A stretch of DNA of 63,924 bases, counting the filler, from Octopus bimaculoides (lineage: Eukaryota), in the NCBI RefSeq assembly GCF_001194135.2. It is 7 parts of 7 records of this genome, joined end to end, with 100 filler letters (N's around TTAATTAATTAA, not from the genome) between each part and the next. Parts side by side here need not be neighbours in the genome. Positions count along the whole stretch, not along the records: positions 51,461 to 62,757 come from NC_068996.1; positions 62,858 to 63,924 come from NW_026355779.1; 5 more parts are not named here. One strand, written 5' to 3'. The notes under the pieces are model-generated. The model saw only the letters and a program-made list of their open reading frames with translations. It searched no databases and was not told the origin of the DNA. This document shows, one piece after another, positions 54,895 to 63,924 of the stretch. The translations under genes and the position numbers were made by a program. Every line of letters starts with the position of its first letter. Position 1 is the stretch's first letter.

Positions 54895-55662
54895 CCAGCC
54901 CACTTATGCGCACCTTTTCTACATTGGACACTAAACTCCGCTTGCGAAGACTTGTTGAGGCAAGTGAAATCGAACTAAATTCGACGACTGGCACCCGTGC
55001 CAACGTCGTCTCCTTCATTGGACACGAAACTCAGCTTGCAAAGACTTATTGGGGCAAGCGAAAGCGAAATCGGGATAGCACCTGTGCCCAGCGTCGCCTT
55101 TCTGGCACTTGTGCCCCTGACATGTGGAAGGATTTTCGAGCGAGATCATTGCCAGTGCCCCTGGACTGGCTCTTGTGCGGGTGGCACATAAAATACACCA
55201 TTTTGAGCGTGGCCGTTGCCAGTACCGCCTGACTGGCCTTCGTGCGGGTGACACGTAAAAGCACCCACTACACTCTCTGAGTGGTTGGCGTTAGGAAGGG
55301 CATCCAGCTGTAGAAACTCTGCCAAATCAGATTGGAGCCTGGTGTTGCTATCCGGTTTCACCAGTCNNNNNNNNNNCAGTGCCCCTGGACTGGCTATTGT
55401 GTGGGTGGCACATAAAATACACCATTTTGAGCGTGGCCGTTGCCAGTACCGCCTGACTGGCCTTCGTGCGGGTGACACGTAAAAGCACCCACTACACTCT
55501 CTGAGTGGTTGGCGTTAGGAAGGGCATCCAGCTGTAGAAACTCTGCCAAATCAGATTGGAGCCTGGTGTTGCTATCCGGTTTCACCAGTCCTCAGTCAAA
55601 TCGTCCATCCATACTAGCATGGAAAGCGGACGTTAAACGATGATGATGATGATGATGATGAT
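54895..55662 (+). mobile_element. Long family D copy with internal subrepeats; apparent duplication across a 10-N gap
   Basis: Internal ~55-60-nt subrepeats (cattggacac..., tgccagt..gtggcac.taaaa); 55154-55366 is repeated from 55377. Confidence 0.65.
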
Positions 55663-55676
55663 GATATGTGTGTGGA

Positions 55677-56068
55677 GTGGCTGTGTGGTAAGTAGCTTGT
55701 TTACCAACCACATGGTTCTCGGTTCAGTCCCACTGCGTGGCACCTTGGGCAAGTGTTTTCTACTATAGCCTCGGGCCGACCAAAGACTTGTGAGTGGATT
55801 TGGTAGACGGAAACTAAAAGAAGCCCGTTGTACATATGTATAAATATATGTGTGTTTGTTTGTCTGTGTTTGTTCCCCCATCCCCCAACATCGCTTGACA
55901 ACCAATACTGGTGTGTTTACGTCCCCGTAACTTAGCGGTTCGGCAAAAGAGACCAATAGAATAAGTACTAGGCTTACAAAGAATAAGTCCTGGGGTTGAT
56001 TTGCTCAACTAAAGGCGGTGCTCCAGCATGGCCGCAGTCAAATGACTGAAACAAATAAAAGAGTAAAG
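55677..56068 (+). mobile_element. SINE family C (full length)
   Basis: gtggctgtgtggtaagtagc..ggttcagtcccactgcgtggcaccttgggcaagtg...gtcaaatgactgaaac; colinear with the 33478 copy. Confidence 0.8.
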
Positions 56069-56639
56069 AGTATATACATACAAGTATATGTGTATATGTG
56101 TGTATGTATACCTGTGTGTCTTCTTGTGTGTATCTGTGCATTTGTATGCATGTACATTGTGTATAGCTATGTGCATCTATTAGAATGCAGTGGTGTGGTG
56201 ATTTAAAAACCTTGTCCTGTTTGCCTGCCATTTAGATGCAATATCTAGTCACTCGGCTATCTTTCTTCTACTGAGGTCATATAATTTGACTTAGATCCCC
56301 ACATTTCCAGTCAGAGACCAACCCCTATTTCTTATCTACACCAGCTTACATTTCTGTGTAAGTGTCTGTGTCCAACCCCTACCTCTCCTTGTTTCCCCTT
56401 CCATTCTGCTCCCACTGGCCTTTACCTGCATGTTTGTGACCCTGTATTTCTTGTTTGAACAAGTGTCGAGTCTTGATTATACACACTGTACTTATCAGTT
56501 ACACCTATCGATTACATTTATAGAGTGACGTCATTTAATTGCTGAATACTGAAACATACCTAACAGATGTAATAATGGAATACAAAGTTCAAACCATAGC
56601 CTTTTACTATTCAGCTCTTTACTTTCTGACAGACAGTCT

Positions 56640-56985
56640 AAGCAGCAGAGACTGTCTTAAGTACTTGCAGTCTTCTTCCTGCAGCTTCTGTCATAGCTAA
56701 TCCTTCCTATGTGTGATGAGCAAGTTCTGTTGGAAAATCTGCAAGCAAGGAAGGTGCTGCATGACTGTGGTGTATTGTCTTTCTTTCTTTGGCATTTTGC
56801 TTCTAGGTCCAGGATTTTGTCTTCCTCAAGCTGTTTGACTCCTTTGTTCACTGAGGTTTCCCATGCTGTTCTGCCCTCAGCTAACTTTCCCCCAAGTCTT
56901 TGTATTGATGTAGCACTTGGTCAGACTGCTCTTATATGTGTCCTTAAATCTCAGCTCTGGTCATCCTTTGTGCCTGCTACTGTTC
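56640..56985 (-). mobile_element. RTE/BovB-like LINE C-terminal relic
   Basis: AEGRTAWETSVNKGVKQLEEDKI...CRFSNRTCSSHIGRISY resembles the RTE C-terminal WE..A.DR..W..G....E and C..C.R...SxIGLxSH motifs. Confidence 0.6.
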
Positions 56986-58214
56986 CTATATATATNNNNN
57001 NNNNNNNNNNNNNNNNNNNNNNNNNNNNNNNNNNNNNNNNNNNNNNNNNNNNNNNNNNNNNNNNNNNNNNNNNNNNNNNNNNNNNNNNNNNNNNNNNNNN
57101 NNNNNNNNNNNNNNNNNNNNNNNNNNNNNNNNNNNNNNNNNNNNNNNNNNNNNNNNNNNNNNNNNNNNNNNNNNNNNNNNNNNNNNNNNNNNNNNNNNNN
57201 NNNNNNNNNNNNNNNNNNNNNNNNNNNNNNNNNNNNNNNNNNNNNNNNNNNNNNNNNNNNNNNNNNNNNNNNNNNNNNNNNNNNNNNNNNNNNNNNNNNN
57301 NNNNNNNNNNNNNNNNNNNNNNNNNNNNNNNNNNNNNNNNNNNNNNNNNNNNNNNNNNNNNNNNNNNNNNNNNNNNNNNNNNNNNNNNNNNNNNNNNNNN
57401 NNNNNNNNNNNNNNNNNNNNNNNNNNNNNNNNNNNNNNNNNNNNNNNNNNNNNTACCATCTCCATTTGCATCACCAGTTTACATGAAAATTCTAAAAGAA
57501 AAATTCCATAATATTTGCAGTTTTAGGCAATGGAGAGGCAATTCCTCAGGCTTGCATCAAAGGTGTGCTATTACATTGTGCATCTATCAGAGCTTGTTGT
57601 TAGGAAAGTACTGAGAGGAAATAAAAAAGAAAAAATTAAGAGTGTGTGTGTAGAATGAGTTTGTGGGGAAGATATTATGTGCTGGTGGTGGGGAGGAATC
57701 AAGAGGGTGGATACATATAGAGACGGGAAGGAAAGGAATAGAAAAAGGTGAAAGAGAAGTAGAAGGAGAAGAATCCGAAGGAAAGGAAGAACAGAAAAGA
57801 AGAGGGAGAAGTAGGTACAGTGGGCAGTGCTGCATATAGCAAAACGGTTTATCCGTCATGCTGGCGGTGTGTCAGTCAATACAGGCAGAACCATTATTAC
57901 AAAATATTGGCCGATGGAAGATGATGCATATGATCACACAGCTGCATTCGTCTATGACAACTTGAAGTGAAAAGATTAAATAGATAACTAAACAATTGTG
58001 TGGAGCCAAAGGATGAGGATGTTAATGATGTATGTTGTGGGGTGACCTAATTTATGATCCTAGTGTGCTTCGACACTGGGAAAGGGATACAAGTAGGAAA
58101 AGACGAGCATAGATACACAAGAATATGTACACATAGATACGTACATACGTATACATACTCATGCAGAGGCAGATACAGTGTGGGCGTGTGTGTGCATATG
58201 TGTAAGCAGCGTTG

Positions 58215-58377
58215 ATTTTTACAATTCTGTAAATAATAATGATTACTTCAAATTACATCGACCTCAGTGTTCAACTGGTACTTATTTTATTGACCCCGAA
58301 AAGATTGAAAGGCAAAGTTAACCTTGGTGGAATTTGAACTCAGAACTTAGCAATGGGCAAAATACTGCTAAGCACAC
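58215..58377 (-). mobile_element. SINE family B copy with heavy CpG decay
   Basis: gttaaccttggtggaatttgaactcagaac vs gtcgacctcggcggaatttgaactcagaac in the reverse complement of the 26160 copy. Confidence 0.7.
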
Positions 58378-59090
58378 TGTGCAATCATCATCATCATTGT
58401 TTAACGTCCGCTTTCCATTCTAGCATGGGTTCGACGATCTGTCTGAGGACTGGTGAAACCAGATGGCTACACCAGGCTCCAATCTGATTTGGCAGAGTTT
58501 CTACAGCTAGATGCCCTTCCTAACGCCAACCACTCCGAGACTGTAGTGGGTGCTTTTACGTGCCACCAGCACAAAGGTCAATCAGGCGGTACTGGCAACA
58601 GCCATGCTCAAAATAGTGTATTTTATGTGCCACCTGCACAGGAGCCAGTCCAGCGGTACTGGCAATGATCTCGCTCAAATGTCTTTACACGTGCCACTGG
58701 CACAAGTGCCAGGAATTGTGAAACCAAGCATCATCATAAATAAAACCTTTTTATTATATTGTTAATTGTTCTATTGTCTCTTCATATATAATTATGTTGA
58801 AAGGTGATAGAGAGACTAAAGTCTCTGTGACAACTATCAAAGCTTTACACATATATACACACACACACCTCTGAAATTAGAGTCATTACTGGTGTCATGT
58901 AAATGGTACTCATGCTGGTGGCATGTAAAAGCACCCATTACACTTTTGGAGTGGTTGGCGTTAGGAAGGGCATCCAGCCAGCTCTTCTTAAATTAGACTG
59001 GAATCTGATGCAGCTCTCCAGCTTACCAGTTCCAGTCAAACCATGTAACCCATGTATATATGTGTGTACCACAAAGGAATAGGGCTTTAA

Positions 59091-59311
59091 CCCTTTAGTA
59101 TTTAAACCGGCCATATCCGGCCAAAAGTATTCTGCCTATTCTATGTTCAAACTGGCCAGATCTGGTCTCTCACACCAACCCTACAATATCGTTTTAAAAA
59201 TTAACAGCTACCTCATCAAAATTTCATAGCTACAAGATAATGCATGATTAGTTCAAAACAATGTGGATAAAAAAGTATTAATTATGGCAGAATAATGTGA
59301 ACACTAAAGGG
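59091..59311. mobile_element. piggyBac-type MITE
   Basis: TTAA|CCCTTTAGT ... ACTAAAGGG|TTAA: TTAA target duplication and CCC-initiated TIRs; 221 bp, non-coding. Confidence 0.8.
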
Positions 59312-60080
59312 TTAAATGCAGGTAAATGCCTTACTAACACTGTTAAAATCTAGACTTGGATAGCCACATCAAATANNNNNNNNNNNNNNNNNNNNNNNNN
59401 NNNNNNNNNNNNNNNNNNNNNNNNNNNNNNNNNNNNNNNNNNNNNNNNNNNNNNNNNNNNNNNNNNNNNNNNNNNCTCGGTTTTATTAGCTATATAATGC
59501 GATATTATGTCTATTAAATTTTATGCATATTTTTATATATATAATTCTCCAAGTTACCGTTTTTTTCCCCTACATCCCTTCTATCTAGCCCTTATCATAT
59601 CCATATTCCTATCTAATCATCCATTTATCCATTATGAAGACATTCACCCTTCTACCCATCCATCCACTATTTCATTTTTTTCTATCCAACTAGTTCATCC
59701 ATCCGTTCATCCATTTATCCTTCTAATACAATAATCCTTCATATTTCACCCATTCATTGCATTCATCCATGTGTCCTTAGCTAACAAAATACTTTTCTAT
59801 CTTCCAAAGTTTAAAACTGCCAGGATATTGACGTCAAGTTTTGGAGTAAAATGAAAGAGCGTCTCACTCGCCGAAAAAATACAGTACTTATTATTCATAG
59901 CTGTGTCTGTGTGGTAAGAAGATTGCTTCTCAATTACATAGTTCTGGTTTCGGTCCCACTGCGTGGCACTGTAGGCGAGAGTCTTCTACTTTACCTTCCG
60001 GCTGATCAAAGCCTTGTGATTAGATTTGTTCAATGGGATCTAAAACAAATTATGTGTAGTGGTTAGCGATCTATCAAGGC

Positions 60081-60111
<31 letters not shown>

Positions 60112-60765
60112 NNNNNNNNNNNNNNNNNNNNNNNNNNNNNNNNNNNNNNNNNNNNNNNNNNNNNNNNNNNNNNNNNNNNNNNNNNNNNNNNNNNNNNNNN
60201 NNNNNNNNNNNNNNNNNNNNNNNNNNNNNNNNNNNNNNNNNNNNNNNNNNNNNNNNNNNNNNNNNNNNNNNNNNNNNNNNNNNNNNNNNNNNNNNNNNNN
60301 NNNNNNNNNNNNNNNNNNNNNNNNNNNNNNNNNNNNNNNNNNNNNNNNNNNNNNNNNNNNNNNNNNNNNNNNNNNNNNNNNNNNNNNNNNNNNNNNNNNN
60401 NNNNNNNNNNNNNNNNNNNNNNNNNNNNNNNNNNNNNNNNNNNNNNNNNNNNNNNNNNNNNNNNNNNNNNNNNNNNNNNNNNNNNNNNNNNNNNNNNNNN
60501 NNNNNNNNNNNNNNNNNNNNNNNNNNNNNNNNNNNNNNNNNNNNNNNNNNNNNNNNNNNNNNNNNNNNNNNNNNNNNNNNNNNNNNNNNNNNNNNNNNNN
60601 NNNNNNNNNNNNNNNNNNNNNNNNNNNNNNNNNNNNNNNNNNNNNNNNNNNNNNNNNNNNNNNNNNNNNNNNNNNNNNNNNNNNNNNNNNNNNNNNNNNN
60701 NNNNNNNNNNNNNNNNNNNNNNNNNNNNNNNNNNNNNNNNNNNNNNNNNNNNNNNNNNNNNNNNN

Positions 60766-61040
60766 CTTATCGTTAACGTAGTTCTCGGAGATATTCAGCG
60801 TGACACAGTCTATGACAAGGCTGGCCCTTTGAAATACAGGCACAACAGAAATAGGAAGTAAGAGTGAGAGAAAGTTGTGGTGAAAGAGTACAGCAGGGGT
60901 CGCCACCACCTTCTGCTCGAGCCTCGTAGAGCTTTAGGTGTTTTCGCTCAATAAACGCTCACGACGCTCAGTCTGGGAATCGAAACTGCGATCCCACGAC
61001 CGCAAGTCCGCTGCCCTAACCACTGGTCCATTGTGCCTCC
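60766..61040 (-). mobile_element. tRNA-derived SINE, family A (3' part lost in gap)
   Basis: Reverse-complement match to the 5' two-thirds of 28699-29081. Confidence 0.75.
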
Positions 61041-61721
61041 ACATCTACAAATTTACCAAACCAATAATCTACGTAAGCACCCTACAAACCAATGTTCGAA
61101 CCAGTTCAACGATCTATTTATCTTTCAATTTATCTAACAGCCTACCTATTTACGTTCATTTGACACAATCTATCGATCTTCTAATCTAGCGAACTATCTG
61201 CGTGCTAACCATTGTCGCATTATAAATAAACGATAAAATATAAATAAACGATAAAAAATATCTAAGATGGAAAGGATGGTGCACTCAAGAAAGAACTGAA
61301 AGCGTATTGTGACCAGCGTTGTATAACAACAGCAGATAGTCAGGTAGATACAGGTGATACGAGTGAGACAAGAATGCCAAACTACTTATTCAATTATCAA
61401 CCTATGAACCTACTAAGACTCCATAACATTGTAACATCGCAACCACCTACCTACCACACGATCAATCTATCAACCTATCAAATTTTCTGAGTATCAATAT
61501 TCAAACCTCAATTACCAAATAAATCAACAAAATCGTTTCTATTTGATCACGCTACCTCGACGGCTTTCAATCATTTTTACCTATGAACCCCTTTTAATTG
61601 CTATTCTGCTCAGATGGGTCCTGATAGCCATTCAATGTTTTTTAAAAAATCATATATTTTTATTATTAAATATTATAAGGCGTTGCATACAAAAAGTTCA
61701 AATGTTTTGTATGAAGCAGAA

Positions 61722-62104
61722 TTGTTGTTGTTGGCACTCCGTCGCTTACGACGTCGAAGGTTCCAGTTGATCCGATAAACGGAACAGCCTGCTCGTGAAA
61801 TTAACGTGCAAGTGGCTGAGCATTCAACAGACACGTGTACTCTTAACGCAGTTCTCGGGAATATTCAGCGTGACACAGTGTGACAAGGCTGACTCTTTGA
61901 ATTACAGGCACAACAGAAACAGGAAGAAAGAGTGAAAGTTGTGATGAAAGAGTACAGCAAGGTTCACCAACATCCCATACCGGAGCCTCGTGGAGCTTTA
62001 AGTGTTTTAGCCCAATAAACACTCAGAACGCCCGGTCTGGGGATCGAAACCGCGATCCTATGACCGCGAATCCGCTTCCCTAACCACTGGGCCATTGCGC
62101 CTCC
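61722..62104 (-). mobile_element. tRNA-derived SINE, family A (full length)
   Basis: Colinear reverse-complement match to 28699-29081 including the pol III boxes and CAA tail. Confidence 0.8.
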
Positions 62105-62329
62105 ACATAAAGCAGAATTATAACCAATTTATTGCACATAAATTTAACAGCGGAGTCTTAATTTGGACCCTCAAGGGTCATTACGGACATCAGTTGAGGA
62201 CCACTACGTTGTATGCTTAAAATAACAGGAACCCGGCCCGCTAATCTTATTCTACCTCCTTGAAGATCATTTTACACAGTGTTTTCCTTACATGTGAAGT
62301 AAAAGATACGGTTGTTTGTGTATATACAT

Positions 62330-62480
62330 ATATACGACGGGCTTCTTTCAGTTTCCGTCTAACAAATCCACTCACAAGGCTTTGGTAGGACCGAGGCTAT
62401 AGTAGAAGACACTTGCCCAAGGTGCCACGCAGTGGGAATGAACCAGGAACCATGTGGTTGGTGAGCAAGCTACTTCCCAC
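62330..62480 (-). mobile_element. SINE family C 5' half
   Basis: Reverse-complement match to 55690-55835. Confidence 0.75.
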
Positions 62481-62505
62481 AGACACAGACACAAACAGAC
62501 AGACA

Positions 62506-62583
<78 letters not shown>

Positions 62584-63924
62584 TATGCTTGCTCCCATCT
62601 GTGTAGATACAACTGAATTGCATTAAAACTAGTCCAAATTTTGTGCTACACAAGAAAAAGGGGCTTCCTTTTGAGCTCATCGTTATTACCGAATATAGAC
62701 CCTAAAATATTTATAATAAACTGCAGTAGGTTTCGCAAAAATATCATTATGGCTAATNNNNNNNNNNNNNNNNNNNNNNNNNNNNNNNNNNNNNNNNNNN
62801 NTTAATTAATTAANNNNNNNNNNNNNNNNNNNNNNNNNNNNNNNNNNNNNNNNNNNNGTCAATGTAAGTGTATGTCTCTGTGTGAGAGAGAGAAAGAGAA
62901 AGAAATAGTGTATGTATGTGTGTTGAATATATACGTGTAGATATAAGAAGATTAATTTGTGAGTCTGTTAGTGTAACTGTGTATATAAGTGCTTACATAC
63001 GGTAGTGTGTGAACGTCTTTGTGTATATGGATAGGCAACTGTGATGTATATTATGATGAAATGTATGAAAATACGGAAACATTTCTGCATTATAGCTCTA
63101 TACTTACGTCTATATATTGACATTTTTTGCATGAACATTTACTGTATCATATATTATTTGTGTGGGTTGTTATGTAAGCACAGTACATGGCTATATACAC
63201 GTGCACTGGAGGTGGAATGTACATCAGATGAAGTAACATTCTGGGCACATATAAAAGAGATGGCTAATCGGCGTTGCCGCTACTTTATTCCATTTGCCCT
63301 AATCGAGTTGCTTTTTAACAGACACCTGTAAATGCATTGCATGTGAAAGTGTACACAGAAGTATACATACATACATTTATATACATATATAGATGTATAT
63401 ATATACATACATGCATGTATATACATATAAATATACACATATACGCGTATGTACATATATATATATATATATACATATAAATACGTATATGTTTATATAT
63501 GCATATATATATATATGTATGTATGTATATATGTACACATTTATGTATAGAGTGTGAGACATCTACCAATATGAGTATGCATGCTTGTACGCATGCATAT
63601 ATATATGTACGTATATGTAGATATATATATATANNNNNNNNNNTTGTACGCATGCATATATATATGTACGTATATGTAGATATATATATATATATTTATT
63701 CATATGTATACGTAGGTATATATGCAAAATAAAACACATACGTACATGGACACATGCATATATATACATATTCAAGCCCATATGTTGAATATATATAAAT
63801 GTATATATTTATATATGCACACACACATCACACATATATGTGTCTGTATGTCTGTGTATGAGTGTGTATGTACGTATATACATATAAATATATATATGTG
63901 TGTGTATTTATATATATATATATA

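Noticed and set aside
55154-55600. Apparent ~210-nt tandem duplication across a 10-N gap (similar case at 63586-63695)
   Set aside because: Near-identical sequence on both sides of a 10-N gap is typical of unmerged overlapping contigs or haplotypes.

Overview
AT-rich, microsatellite-saturated animal genomic DNA with many N gaps. The repeat families resemble those of cephalopods (Octopus-like); this is inferred from recognition, not searched. The only host-gene sequence I can support is two consecutive minus-strand coding exons (10717-10791 and 8314-8466). They splice in frame to give a calcium-binding EGF domain plus the start of the next EGF of a thrombospondin (subgroup B/COMP-like). The other exons are not visible and may lie in gaps or outside the window. 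The rest is decayed mobile DNA: R4/Dong-like RLE non-LTR retrotransposons tied to (TAA)n tracts, RTE LINE pieces, L1/Tx1-like ORF1 relics, a Gypsy integrase/LTR relic, Tigger, maT (DD37D), mariner and piggyBac derivatives, and three or four SINE families. The most notable structures are several fold-back elements that could form long dsRNA (54208-54759, 46579-46792, 14366-14870), a mariner-derived element built from two left ends and present twice with the same junction, and a CpG-decayed domain at about 51.5-59.4 kb. Nearly all ORFs in the supplied track are microsatellite or gap artefacts. I found no convincing novel multi-gene system.
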